DNA of 61,989 nt, filler included, from a bacterium (GTDB taxonomy: Bacteria > JALSQH01), in the NCBI GenBank assembly GCA_026985515.1. It is 6 parts of 6 records of this genome, joined end to end, with 100 filler letters (N's around TTAATTAATTAA, not from the genome) between each part and the next. Parts side by side here need not be neighbours in the genome. Positions count along the whole stretch, not along the records: positions 1 to 26,352 come from JALSQH010000228.1; positions 26,453 to 33,624 come from JALSQH010000233.1; 4 more parts are not named here. One strand, 5' to 3'. The position numbers were made by a program, and so were the translations under genes. The notes below the pieces were generated by a model. The model worked only from the letters and a program-made list of their open reading frames with translations. It made no database searches and had not been told where the DNA came from. Below, in pieces: positions 18,983 to 29,304 of this stretch (positions are counted from its first letter, which is position 1; each line of letters begins with the position of its first letter).

Positions 18983-21103
18983 TTAATCCTTTCCTGCAAT
19001 TTTTTCAACAAATTCCAGGGAAAGAAGTTTCTCTCCAACACTTTCAAAGAGAATGGTAACACGACTTCCATCAATTTTAACAATTACCCCCTTACCCCAC
19101 TTTGGATGGTTGATTATGGTTCCTCCCCTGATTCTCTGGTTATTCATCTCCACCGGTCTCCGGGATTCTTCTCTTCCAGCCAATTGTGATTTTAAAGGAA
19201 CCAGCCCTATTTCTCTCAGAAAAATTGATGGTTCCATTTGCTCTGTAGCACCATAATATGTTCTTCTTGTAGAAGAATAGGAGAGGAAAAGTTTTTCTCT
19301 GGCTCTGGTAATGCCCACATAAAAGAGTCTTCTTTCCTCCTCAAGTTCATCTTCACTCTCTCTGGACCTGACATGTGGGAGTATTCCATCACTGAGTCCC
19401 ACTATGAAAACCACCTGAAATTCAAGTCCCTTGGAGGCATGGAGGGTCATCAGGGAAACACTGTCCTCATCCTTTATTGTGTCGGCATCACTGATGAGAG
19501 CTACTTTCTCAAGATAATCACCAAGTGAAGGAGAATCTGTATTTTCAACATATATCTTCATTGACGCAAGGAGTTCTTCCACATTTGCAATCCTTCCCTC
19601 AGCGTTTTTAGAATCATATCTGTATAGATAATCATCATATTCCAGATCCTCAATCAATTCCATTGCCATTTCATAAACATTCATACTCACTTTTTTTTCC
19701 AGATAACTGGAAATGAGGAAGTAAAAGGGTTGCAACTTTCTTCCTGCAATTCCGCCACCGGATACAAGCAATTCAATGGCTTCCCAGTAGGAAATACCAC
19801 GTGCTTCAGCAATTCTTTTTACTTCCTGAAAAGTTTTTTCCCCTATTCCCCTGGGGGGAACATTGATAATTCGGGAAAGGCTTAAATTCTCCTTTGGATT
19901 GTAAATAACCCTCAAATATGCAATTATATCCTTTGTCTCTTTTCTGTCGTAGAATTTGAGATTCCCCACCACCTGATAGGGGATTCTCCTCCTCACAAAT
20001 TCTTCTTCAAGGACCCTTGACTGATAGTTCATCCTGTAAAACACCGCCATATCTTTGAAACTGTAACCTGATCTGGCAAGGTTCATTACCTGATCAGCAA
20101 CCCATGAGGCCTCCTGAATTTCATCAACATACGCTCTGAGAACAGGCTCCTCTCCCGGTGGATTTCTGGTCCAGAGCCTTTTCCCCATTCTTTTTCTGTT
20201 TTTTGAAATAAGTGTATTTGCAACTTCAAGAATTTTCCCCGTTGACCTGTAATTCTCCTCAAGTTTTATTATTTTTGTTCCCTGAAAATCTCTGGCAAAC
20301 TGGAAAACATTATCCGGTTCCGCTCCCCTCCATGTGTAAATGGTCTGATCCTCATCCCCCACAACACAGATATTTTTATGCTTTCCAGCAAGCATTTTTA
20401 TGATTTCATACTGTATGAAATTGGTATCCTGAAACTCGTCAACAAGTATGTAACGGTAGAGATCCTGATAATACTCCAACACTTTCGGATTTTCCTCAAA
20501 AAGGATGTATGTTCTGAGGAGAAGATCCCCGAAGTCAAGGGCGTTATTCTGTCTCATTTTTTCTTCATAATTTCTGTAAATTCTGACAATATTTGGATCA
20601 AGTTCCTTAACGGAAATGTCATCAGGCAATTTCCCCTCATTCTTGAAACGACTGATCATGTTAACAATGCTACCAGCTTCATAATACTCGGTACTCAGAC
20701 CAAGGTCTCTTATCACTTCCCTTACAAGGCTCTTCTGATCATCCTGATCAAAGATGGTAAAATTGCTTTCAAGCCCTATCAGCGGTGCAGTTTCACGCAA
20801 AATTTTATTGCCGAGAGAATGAAAAGTCATCAGGTTTACATACCTTGCATCTCTCCCACATAGATTCACCACCCTTTCTTTCATCTCCTCAGCAGCTTTG
20901 TTGGTAAAGGTTACTCCCAGTATGCTGGCAGGTGGAACCCCCATTTCATTGATGAGATAGTAGATCCTGTAAGTTATAACTCTCGTCTTCCCGCTACCAG
21001 CTCCAGCAAGGACAAGAAGTGGACCATCCACAGTGGTAACAGCCTCATACTGGGAGGGATTGAGAACCTTCCTGAGATCAACCTTCCTTTCCACTTTCCC
21101 CAC
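18983..21103 (-). CDS. pcrA: ATP-dependent DNA helicase PcrA/UvrD
   Basis: AGAGSGKT, VDEFQDTN, GDEDQTIY, ENYRS, HASKGLEF, EERRLFYVGITRA; C-terminal HPKWGKG domain. Confidence 0.96.
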   Translation of the reverse strand: MGKVERKVDLRKVLNPSQYEAVTTVDGPLLVLAGAGSGKTRVITYRIYYLINEMGVPPASILGVTFTNKAAEEMKERVVNLCGRDARYVNLMTFHSLGNKILRETAPLIGLESNFTIFDQDDQKSLVREVIRDLGLSTEYYEAGSIVNMISRFKNEGKLPDDISVKELDPNIVRIYRNYEEKMRQNNALDFGDLLLRTYILFEENPKVLEYYQDLYRYILVDEFQDTNFIQYEIIKMLAGKHKNICVVGDEDQTIYTWRGAEPDNVFQFARDFQGTKIIKLEENYRSTGKILEVANTLISKNRKRMGKRLWTRNPPGEEPVLRAYVDEIQEASWVADQVMNLARSGYSFKDMAVFYRMNYQSRVLEEEFVRRRIPYQVVGNLKFYDRKETKDIIAYLRVIYNPKENLSLSRIINVPPRGIGEKTFQEVKRIAEARGISYWEAIELLVSGGGIAGRKLQPFYFLISSYLEKKVSMNVYEMAMELIEDLEYDDYLYRYDSKNAEGRIANVEELLASMKIYVENTDSPSLGDYLEKVALISDADTIKDEDSVSLMTLHASKGLEFQVVFIVGLSDGILPHVRSRESEDELEEERRLFYVGITRAREKLFLSYSSTRRTYYGATEQMEPSIFLREIGLVPLKSQLAGREESRRPVEMNNQRIRGGTIINHPKWGKGVIVKIDGSRVTILFESVGEKLLSLEFVEKIAGKD

Positions 21104-22877
21104 CAGCTTCTGAGTATTTTTGAAGAATTTCCTGATTGTACCTGGCTATCACATCACCACGATTTACAAAACCCACCAGCCTCTTTTTCCCATCTTTATC
21201 AATGGTAACAACTGGCAGTGCTTCAAGATCCTTAATGGCAAACTTCGTCAGAACCTTGTTCAGATCATCGTGTGGTTCAACTGAAATTATATCTTTTGTG
21301 GCAATATCCTCTGCCACGACCAGATTTCCAAGCTCCTCCCCCTCCAGAAGCACACTTCTTATATCCTGAAGTGAAACGATCCCCACAAGTTCACCTTTAT
21401 CATTGATCACGGGAAAATATGGGAACTCAGTTTCTGTGACGAGTCTCAGAATCTCCTTCAGGGGGGTATGTGGAGAAATTGGAACGAAGCCGGGTTTAAC
21501 AATATCGGAAACTTTAATTCCACCGAGAACTCCAACTTCCTTACCGGCCTCAAGGAAAATACCCTTCTTTGCCAGAGCATGGGTATCAATTGAATAGGGA
21601 TGAAGAATCTGAGCAACAATTACACCTATCACACTTGCTATCATGGCGGGAACCATTATCTGATAATCACCAGTCATTTCAAAAAGCAGAAATATTCCAG
21701 TAAAGGGAGCGTGTGTTAAAGCGGCCAGAAAGGCACCAAAACCAACTGTGGCATAGGCTCCAGGGGAAATAGCCGAATGAGTAATGAGATTTAAAAGTCC
21801 ACCATACGCACCACCAACAACTGCTCCTATGAAAATTGCAGGTCCGAACATCCCGCCCATTCCACCGGAATTGAGTGTCAGGGCAGTTGCAATCATTTTG
21901 GTAAAAATGAGTGCAACGAGAAGCCAGAGGCTAATGCCCCCAATCAATGTTTTGTGAATGAAAAAGTAACCTCCACCCAGAACATGAGGTGTAAAGAAAC
22001 CGATTATACCAACCCCTAAAAAACCAAGAATAAGCTTTGCAAGTAAAGATTCAATACCCATTTTTTTCCAGAACTTATCAAGCCACTCCTGAACGCCGTA
22101 GAAAAGCTTTATGAAAAAAACTGAAAAAAAGGCAACGAAGAGTCCCAGACCAACATAGTAAAGAAGCTCGATGGGGTTCTTCATGGTGTACTGGGGTATA
22201 TCAAAAATGGGGTGATTGGCAAAAACCGCCCTTGACATCACGGTTCCCATGGCAGATGCTATAACAATGGCACCAAGGGATTCAAGTTCATACTCACCAA
22301 CTAAAACTATTTCAAGGGCAAAAAATACACCGGCAATGGGGGCATTGAAGTTTGCAGCGATGGCGGCGGCTGAACCACTGGCAACAAACAGCTTCATTCT
22401 TTTACCTGAGGCACCAGTATACTGGCCAATTACTGAACCCACCCCGCCACCAATCCTTGCAGATGGACCCTCAAGTCCAGCAGAACCACCAAAACCGAGA
22501 GTTATGGCAGGACCAATGATCTGTTCAATTATTTCTCTGAATGGAATAACCGCTCCCTTCAGATTAACCTTTTCAAGAAAAAATGGAAAGCCATAACCAA
22601 CACTCTTAACTTTAAAAGCCCTCACAAAGGCATAGAGAACAATTGCACCAACAACAGGCACAGCAATTATCAGGAGCCGCACAGAAATGTTCCCCTCTGC
22701 TGCAGTCTCCAGTGGTATTAAAAAGTGCTTTTCCATACCCTCAACAATGAACCTGAGAATGATGTTTCCCAGAGCAGCCAGAATCCCAATAATGAAGGCA
22801 AAGATTATTGGCTGGGTTTGAGGTGGAAAAATACCTTTCAATTTCAGAGAAGGTCTCTTCACATTTAATGGTTTCAT
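21078..22877 (-). CDS. ClC chloride channel/transporter with two CBS domains
   Basis: GGSAGLEGP, FNAPIAG, GGMFGP, FEMTGDY; CBS pair. Confidence 0.93.
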   Translation of the reverse strand: MKPLNVKRPSLKLKGIFPPQTQPIIFAFIIGILAALGNIILRFIVEGMEKHFLIPLETAAEGNISVRLLIIAVPVVGAIVLYAFVRAFKVKSVGYGFPFFLEKVNLKGAVIPFREIIEQIIGPAITLGFGGSAGLEGPSARIGGGVGSVIGQYTGASGKRMKLFVASGSAAAIAANFNAPIAGVFFALEIVLVGEYELESLGAIVIASAMGTVMSRAVFANHPIFDIPQYTMKNPIELLYYVGLGLFVAFFSVFFIKLFYGVQEWLDKFWKKMGIESLLAKLILGFLGVGIIGFFTPHVLGGGYFFIHKTLIGGISLWLLVALIFTKMIATALTLNSGGMGGMFGPAIFIGAVVGGAYGGLLNLITHSAISPGAYATVGFGAFLAALTHAPFTGIFLLFEMTGDYQIMVPAMIASVIGVIVAQILHPYSIDTHALAKKGIFLEAGKEVGVLGGIKVSDIVKPGFVPISPHTPLKEILRLVTETEFPYFPVINDKGELVGIVSLQDIRSVLLEGEELGNLVVAEDIATKDIISVEPHDDLNKVLTKFAIKDLEALPVVTIDKDGKKRLVGFVNRGDVIARYNQEILQKYSEAGGESGKEG

Positions 22878-22881
22878 TCTG

Positions 22882-24711
22882 TTACTCTACAGTTACACTC
22901 TTTGCAAGATTCCTTGGTTGATCAACATCTGTGCCACGCAATACAGCAACATGATACGCAAAAAGCTGAAGAGGTATTGAATTTATAACGGGATTTAACT
23001 CCTCGGTTAAATGGGGAAGATAAATTACATCATCAGCAATAGACTTAATTCTTTCATCACCCTGTGTGGCAAGGGCTATAACTTTTCCATTTCTTGCCTT
23101 CACCTCTTCAATGTTACTGAAAATTTTCTCATAAACGGAAGAGCGAGTCGCCACTGCAACCACAGGCATATTTTCATCAATAAGCGCAATGGGCCCATGC
23201 TTCATCTCACCGGCAGGGTACCCCTCTGCATGAATGTAGGAAATTTCTTTAAGTTTAAGAGCTCCCTCCAGTGCAATGGGAAAATTGAGGTGTCTTCCGA
23301 GATAGAGGAAGTTCTGATATCTGTAATACTTCCTTGCAATATTCTCAATCAAATCATCGTTTTTGAGGACCTGCTCCACAAAAGATGGCAACTGGAGTAA
23401 TCTCTCGATCTTTTCTTTAACTTCCTCTTCAGAAACAATCCCTCTAATTTTACCAAGCAAAAGGGCGAGCATGAAAAGGGTTACTATCTGGGTTGTGAAA
23501 GCCTTTGTTGATGCAACTCCAATTTCGGGACCAGCATGGGTGTACAGTACATCATCTGACATCCTGGCAATGGAAGAATCTATTACATTGCATATGGAAA
23601 GAATCCTGGCACCCTTCTCCTTTCCTGCCTTCAGGCCGGCAATGGTATCTGCAGTTTCACCAGACTGGGAGATACCTATAACCAGATGCTTCTTTGCAAT
23701 GATGGGATCTCTGTATCTGAATTCACTCCCAAGTTCCACCTCAACAGGAATTTGGGCAAATTTTTCAAGATAGAATCTTCCAATTAATCCAGCATGCCAG
23801 CTTGTACCACAGGCAACTATGGTTATTCTCTCAATGGCTCTAACAAAATCTTCATCCATGTTGAAAAATTCAAATCTAATCTCTCCAGAATTGGTAAATA
23901 CTCTGCCCGTTAATGTATCTGCAATGGCTCTGGGTTGTTCAAAAATCTCCTTCTGCATGAAATGCTTGTAGCCAGACTTCTCCGCCATACTGGGATCCCA
24001 GCTGATCTTCTTTACCTCTCTATCTACGGGATTACCATCAAGGTCAACAATTCTGTAACCATCTCTTTTCAGCTCCACAACATCTCCATCCTCAAGAAAA
24101 ATCATTTCCCGTGTGTAGGAGAGAATTGCAGGAATATCTGAAGCGAGAAAATACTCACCATCTCCCAGACCAAGCACCAGCGGACTTCCACTTCTTGCAC
24201 CTATTAATCTGTCTGGCTGATTTTCGTTGATAACTGCGATGGCATAGGAGCCTCTTATCTGTTTCAAAGTCCAGAGAACAGCTTCAAGGAAATCTTCCCC
24301 CTTTTTCACACGATCCTCTATGAGGTGTGCAAATATTTCCGTATCCGTCTCCGAGGAAAAGGTGTGACCCTTTTCCTCAAGCCACCTTCTCAACTCAACA
24401 TGGTTTTCAACAATACCGTTATGCACCACTGCAATGGGACCAACTCTGTGGGGATGCGCATTCTCCTCTGAGGGTTTTCCATGTGTTGCCCATCGGGTAT
24501 GTGCTATGCCTATTTTTCCCTTTAATGGCTCCTTCTGTAATATTTTTTCAAGATCCCTTATTTTCCCTTTTGTCCTCTTAATCACAAGCTTTTCTCCATC
24601 ATACACCGCTATGCCTGCAGAATCGTAACCTCTGTACTCCAGTCTCTTTAAACCATCAATCAGTATTTCCTGTGCGTCTCCCTCACCAATATAGCCAACT
24701 ATACCACACAT
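22882..24711 (-). CDS. glmS: Glutamine-fructose-6-phosphate aminotransferase
   Basis: MCGIVG, RGYDSAG, HTRWATHG, SQSGET, PRNLAKSVTVE. Confidence 0.98.
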   Translation of the reverse strand: MCGIVGYIGEGDAQEILIDGLKRLEYRGYDSAGIAVYDGEKLVIKRTKGKIRDLEKILQKEPLKGKIGIAHTRWATHGKPSEENAHPHRVGPIAVVHNGIVENHVELRRWLEEKGHTFSSETDTEIFAHLIEDRVKKGEDFLEAVLWTLKQIRGSYAIAVINENQPDRLIGARSGSPLVLGLGDGEYFLASDIPAILSYTREMIFLEDGDVVELKRDGYRIVDLDGNPVDREVKKISWDPSMAEKSGYKHFMQKEIFEQPRAIADTLTGRVFTNSGEIRFEFFNMDEDFVRAIERITIVACGTSWHAGLIGRFYLEKFAQIPVEVELGSEFRYRDPIIAKKHLVIGISQSGETADTIAGLKAGKEKGARILSICNVIDSSIARMSDDVLYTHAGPEIGVASTKAFTTQIVTLFMLALLLGKIRGIVSEEEVKEKIERLLQLPSFVEQVLKNDDLIENIARKYYRYQNFLYLGRHLNFPIALEGALKLKEISYIHAEGYPAGEMKHGPIALIDENMPVVAVATRSSVYEKIFSNIEEVKARNGKVIALATQGDERIKSIADDVIYLPHLTEELNPVINSIPLQLFAYHVAVLRGTDVDQPRNLAKSVTVE

Positions 24712-24721
24712 TCAGCATCTC

Positions 24722-24916
24722 CTATTCCAGCGGTTCAAAAGCACTTTTAAGTGCCCCACAGTTGGGGCATGTCCAGTTTTCTGGAAGTTTATCAAAGGGT
24801 GTACCCCAGGGTATCTCACGATCAGGGTCTCCCTCCATGGGATCATAAATGTACCCGCATACTGTACAGCGAAATTTTGGACCAAACTCTTCAAGTCCAC
24901 CTTTTGGATCTTCCAT
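24722..24916 (-). CDS. Rubredoxin
   Basis: [10 protein letters not shown]...WTCPNCG. Confidence 0.93.
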   Translation of the reverse strand: MEDPKGGLEEFGPKFRCTVCGYIYDPMEGDPDREIPWGTPFDKLPENWTCPNCGALKSAFEPLE

Positions 24917-24917
24917 T

Positions 24918-26054
24918 CTACACCTCCAGAATATGGGGATTTAGAAGATTGTGAGGGTCAAGCTTTCTTTTCAGCTGAGTGAAGATATTGTAAAAAACGG
25001 GAAACTTTTTCTTAAAATCCTTCACCATTGCCTTAATGTCGTAGTGGTATGTCATAGTTAAATCATCAAATTCCTCTCCATCGAGGGGAATAACACCAGC
25101 TCCCTCCACATCACACCCGGAAATTACGATCCTGTGACCACCAAGTTCCTTTATTCTGCTCCACAGTGCACTGTAAATTTTGAGGGCGGGTGATCTTTCA
25201 AAGTGATCAAGGGCTTTTCTGAAAAGATGGGCACTCTCCTCCTCGGGAATCCTCTTTCCTCTTTTTAAGATTTTTTCAACAAATCTCAATCTGAGTTCAC
25301 TCAACTTCTCATCATACACAGGCAATCTTAACAGGACGAGATTTCCATCAGGATGATCATTGCCAAATAAATCATCAAGAACCGCCTCAGGGACAAGGAG
25401 CAAATGATCAGGGGTGGTCCTTCTGGCAAAAATCTCCTTCACCTCCTCTACCAGATCACTCCATCTGTAATAGGAAAATGCCGCTTCAAGGTAGGAAGGG
25501 GGCATCTGATAAACCCTTGTATTCAGCTGAAGGACTATGGCAAGTGTTTCCCATGAGCCCATGAGAAACCTTCCCACATCGGGACCGGCTGCACTTCTCG
25601 GAGTGAGTACAGTTTTAAATCTACGACCATCGGGGAGCATAAAGTAACCCGAGGTGTAAAAATCTCTACTCCGGGAGAAAAATGTTGAATTCTGCAGGCC
25701 GAATCCAATGGCAAAGTACTCTCTCAATGTTTTTCTTCCCGAAGAAAAGAGGGGATAATGACCCCATGTTAAACCTTCTTTAACAAGTTTCCCCTGAAAA
25801 TCGTCCAGTTCAATGTCAAGAGGTGTGGAAACGAGCATGGATGTTTTTTTAATAACAAAGGGCACATCACTGAGAGAGAGATAAACCCATATTCCTCTAT
25901 CTATACTATCATCAACAGGTATGGTGTAGATGGGGAGATTCATTTCTCTGGCAAGGGATAGTAGAGAGGAGAGTTCTTCTATGCTGCTCACCTCAACTTC
26001 AATTTTTTCACCATCATATGTTAATATTTTAAACTCACTGAGTTTGACATTCAT
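24918..26054 (-). CDS. Degenerate VAO/PCMH-family FAD-linked oxidase (alkyl-DHAP synthase-like)
   Basis: [36 protein letters not shown]. Confidence 0.7.
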   Translation of the reverse strand: MNVKLSEFKILTYDGEKIEVEVSSIEELSSLLSLAREMNLPIYTIPVDDSIDRGIWVYLSLSDVPFVIKKTSMLVSTPLDIELDDFQGKLVKEGLTWGHYPLFSSGRKTLREYFAIGFGLQNSTFFSRSRDFYTSGYFMLPDGRRFKTVLTPRSAAGPDVGRFLMGSWETLAIVLQLNTRVYQMPPSYLEAAFSYYRWSDLVEEVKEIFARRTTPDHLLLVPEAVLDDLFGNDHPDGNLVLLRLPVYDEKLSELRLRFVEKILKRGKRIPEEESAHLFRKALDHFERSPALKIYSALWSRIKELGGHRIVISGCDVEGAGVIPLDGEEFDDLTMTYHYDIKAMVKDFKKKFPVFYNIFTQLKRKLDPHNLLNPHILEV

Positions 26055-26352
26055 AAGCCAAGTTTTCCCGGATTGAATATGTTATTTTCGTCAATGACAC
26101 TCTTCAAACCTCTAATAATTTCAATTCCCCTGCCCCACTCTCTATCCATAAAAGCCGCTTTTAAAACACCAACTCCGTGGTGATGGGTTATTGTACCACC
26201 AAGTTCAGTACACGCTTTCAACGCATCCCTCCAGACTTCTCTGTAGAGCTCTTCTGCCTCTCTCTGGGTATCCCTGAATCCCGCAAATGTAAAATAGATA
26301 TTTGCACCGTCGTAGTAGGCGTGTGAAAAATGAGCCATAACCACCACATGTT
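26051..26352 (-). CDS. FAD-linked oxidase, alkyl-dihydroxyacetonephosphate synthase-like (C-terminal part, truncated by contig end)
   Basis: AHFSHAYYDGANIYFTF, GGTITHHHGVG, NIFNPGKL. Confidence 0.8.
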
Positions 26353-26452
26353 NNNNNNNNNNNNNNNNNNNNNNNNNNNNNNNNNNNNNNNNNNNNTTAA
26401 TTAATTAANNNNNNNNNNNNNNNNNNNNNNNNNNNNNNNNNNNNNNNNNNNN
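26353..26452. other. Artificial contig linker
   Basis: N44-TTAATTAATTAA-N44 (stops in all six frames). Confidence 0.98.
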
Positions 26453-27731
26453 CGAGAAGTTTTGCAGCTCTTGTAACATTTCCCCCCGTCTCTGCCAGGG
26501 CTCTTTCAATAATTTCCCTCTCCACCTCTTCCAGATAATTGTCAAGATTGAAATTTGTAAAATCTATTTCAAGTTTTTTCTCCTTTTTTTCCCTTTTAAC
26601 TTCCGGTGGCAGGCTTTCTGGAGTTATGTAGCTTGAATTTTCCAGGATGGCTGCTCTCTCCAGAATATTTATAAGCTCCCTTATGTTTCCGGGATAATCA
26701 TATTCCATGAGAAGCTTCTCAGCCAGAGGAGAAACACCTTTCAATTCCTTCCCTAACTCCCTGTTGAGTCGATTTAAAGTGTAGTTGATTATTACAGGTA
26801 TATCCTCTTTTCTCTCTCTAAGGGGTGGTATGTAGATTTCAATGACATTGAGCCTGTAGTAGAGATCCTGTCTGAATCTCCCCTGCTCAGCCTCTTTCTT
26901 CAGATCTTTGTTGGTGGCGGCAATTATTCTGACATCCACTTCAATGTCCTGCAGCCCCCCTATGGGTCTCACCTTCTTTTCCTGTAGCACTCTGAGTAAT
27001 TTCACCTGAAGGTTGAGTGGAAGTTCTCCAATTTCGTCCAGAAAGAGCGTTCCCCTGTTGGCAAGCTGAAATAATCCTATCTTGTCGTATGTTGCACCTG
27101 TAAAGGCACCTTTAACATATCCAAAGAGTTCGCTTTCCAGTAATTCTGGTGGGATTGCTCCGCAATTGATTGGTACGAAGGGTTGCTCTCTCCTTCTGCT
27201 TGTAAAGTGGATGAGTCTGGCCACAACCTCCTTTCCTACGCCGCTCTCACCGGTCAGAAGAACGTTGGCGTTGGTGTTTTTAATCTTCTCTATGATGTTT
27301 ACAACTTCTATGGCCCATTTTGAGTTACCAAGCAGGTGAAGCGGTACTTCCACTTCTTCCCTTGCAGATAACGCTTTTCTTATCTTTTCCCTCAATTCGC
27401 TGATTTTGAATGGTTTTGAAATATAGTCAAAGGCCCCCAGTTCCATTGCCTTGATCCCGCTTTCAAGATCAGAGTAGGCGGTTATTATTATTACAGCGGA
27501 GGAAGGTGATTTTTCCTTAACTGCCTTCAATATTTCAATTCCTGAAGTTTCACCCTTTTCTTCCATGAGTCTGAGATCTGTGATAACAATGTCGATAAAT
27601 CCACTCTCTCTGATGATTTCAAGGGCTTCTCTTCCAGAGGAAGTGGAAAGCACCTCAAATTCATCTTCAAAAGCTGAAGTCAGAAGCTCCAGCAGACCTC
27701 TTTCATCTTCCACTATAAGCATCTTTTTCAT
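26453..27731 (-). CDS. pilR: sigma54-dependent response regulator PilR (3' truncated)
   Basis: Receiver, GESGVGKE, GAFTGA, start of a Fis HTH; follows pilS. Confidence 0.88.
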
Positions 27732-29298
27732 ACTTTTCCCCTTCAGGAATTTTTACAACGAAGCATTTATCCCTTCTGTCCCAGTAAATTGTTCCTCTGT
27801 GAGCGGTGATGATTTTTTTTACAAGGGGTAAACCGAGACCAGTTCCCTTTTGTTTGGTGGTGAAAAATGGCTGGAAAATTTTTTCTGCGTACTGATCAGG
27901 AATTCCTTCTCCTGTATCGGATATTTTCAAATTTATTGAGTTATCTTTCTTTTCAACATGTACTATTATTTTTCCTCTGCGATTCATTGCCTCAATGGAA
28001 TTCTGGAAAAGATTGATGAATGCCTCCTGCAACCAGAATCTGTCACCATTTATTACTGTATTTTCTCCAGTTATTTCAAGTTCTGTTTGTGCATTATTTT
28101 CATTGGAAGTTTTTTTGAAAGTTTCTTTGAGAAATTCCCGTAGATCAATTTTCTCTTCTTTTATCTGAATTTCCCTGGAGTAGTTGAGAATCTGTTTGAT
28201 AAGATGCTCAATCCTTTCAGATTCCTCTGTGAGAACCGAGGCAAAACGATTAATTTTTGCATCGTCAGGTTCCTTTTTATTCAATTCTTCGAGAAGCAGT
28301 TCCACAGAGAGTTTTACTGCTGAGAGTGGGTTTCTGAGGTCATGAGCTATGTTTGATGCCATTTCTCCTATGAGTGCGAATTTCTCTTTTTCTATCAGCT
28401 TCTTTTCCACCTCTTTTATTCGGGTCAGATCCTGAAAAGTTATGAGAATATGTTTTTCGCCACCAATATTGATTTCAGATGCGCTCAATCCTATTACCAG
28501 ATTTTTGTCTTCATAATTAATTTGAAGTTCCTCTCTGAAGAGGGTGGGAGATGGAATTGTACCGAATATAGTTTTAATGTTTTTCCCCGCAGGATTTTCA
28601 CCGAGGATTTTCATTGCTGAGGGATTGGCAAAGAGGATCTTCCCTCCGGTATCTGTGATCAGTATGCCGGACCCAACATTGTTGACAATCGTCTGATAGA
28701 GTTCCCTGAACTCCGTCAGACTTTTTTCCTGTGTCTCTATCTTTTTCTCCATTTTTGTTAGGCGTGAAGTTAGAAAGCTACCCAGAAGGACAAAAATGAG
28801 TATGGCAGAGAAAATATAGAAAATTTTCATTGTTATTTCGGGAGTTACGGGAAGACCATTCTGAAACTGATAATAGTAGGTTAGAAGGGTAAAACCTATT
28901 CCCTCAGCCACACCATAGAAGATGTTCACCCAGCTGGGGAAGAAGAAACTGATTGACAGAGCAAGAAGGAGAAGGAGAAATGTTAAGGGACTGTCTCCAG
29001 CCCCTGTGCTGTAGATGAGGAAGAGGGTCAGCACAGTGTCTATGGAAAACTGGAAGTGGATTATGTAGTTGAGAGGTATCTTTTCCCATGTGGATAGAAG
29101 AACAACCACTATTGTTACCGTGAAACTGAGGATAAGAAAGGTGGAAATTGATTTTATGAGGGTGGTGTCAATGGTGTATATAGTTTGTCCCATGTAGTAA
29201 GATAGAAGAAGGAAAATGGTCAGGAGAAAGAGTCTGTATAGATTGAATTTGAGGAAGTCGTTAAGTTTCTCCTGTTCCCCCGCTCTCTTTGCTTCCAA
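27703..29298 (-). CDS. pilS: Sensor histidine kinase PilS
   Basis: About 6 TM, PAS, AHDLRNPL, DTGEG, FFTTK, GTGLGL; located in the pil cluster. Confidence 0.87.
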   Translation of the reverse strand: MEAKRAGEQEKLNDFLKFNLYRLFLLTIFLLLSYYMGQTIYTIDTTLIKSISTFLILSFTVTIVVVLLSTWEKIPLNYIIHFQFSIDTVLTLFLIYSTGAGDSPLTFLLLLLALSISFFFPSWVNIFYGVAEGIGFTLLTYYYQFQNGLPVTPEITMKIFYIFSAILIFVLLGSFLTSRLTKMEKKIETQEKSLTEFRELYQTIVNNVGSGILITDTGGKILFANPSAMKILGENPAGKNIKTIFGTIPSPTLFREELQINYEDKNLVIGLSASEINIGGEKHILITFQDLTRIKEVEKKLIEKEKFALIGEMASNIAHDLRNPLSAVKLSVELLLEELNKKEPDDAKINRFASVLTEESERIEHLIKQILNYSREIQIKEEKIDLREFLKETFKKTSNENNAQTELEITGENTVINGDRFWLQEAFINLFQNSIEAMNRRGKIIVHVEKKDNSINLKISDTGEGIPDQYAEKIFQPFFTTKQKGTGLGLPLVKKIITAHRGTIYWDRRDKCFVVKIPEGEKYEKDAYSGR

Positions 29299-29304
29299 CC
29301 TCCA

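Noticed and set aside
17767..21103. UvrD helicase + nuclease + PIN as an anti-phage defence system
   Set aside because: The helicase is a canonical full-length PcrA with its C-terminal domain, the nuclease has a signal peptide, and the context is housekeeping with no island features.
24712..24721. glmS ribozyme
   Set aside because: Only 10 nt separate rubredoxin and glmS.
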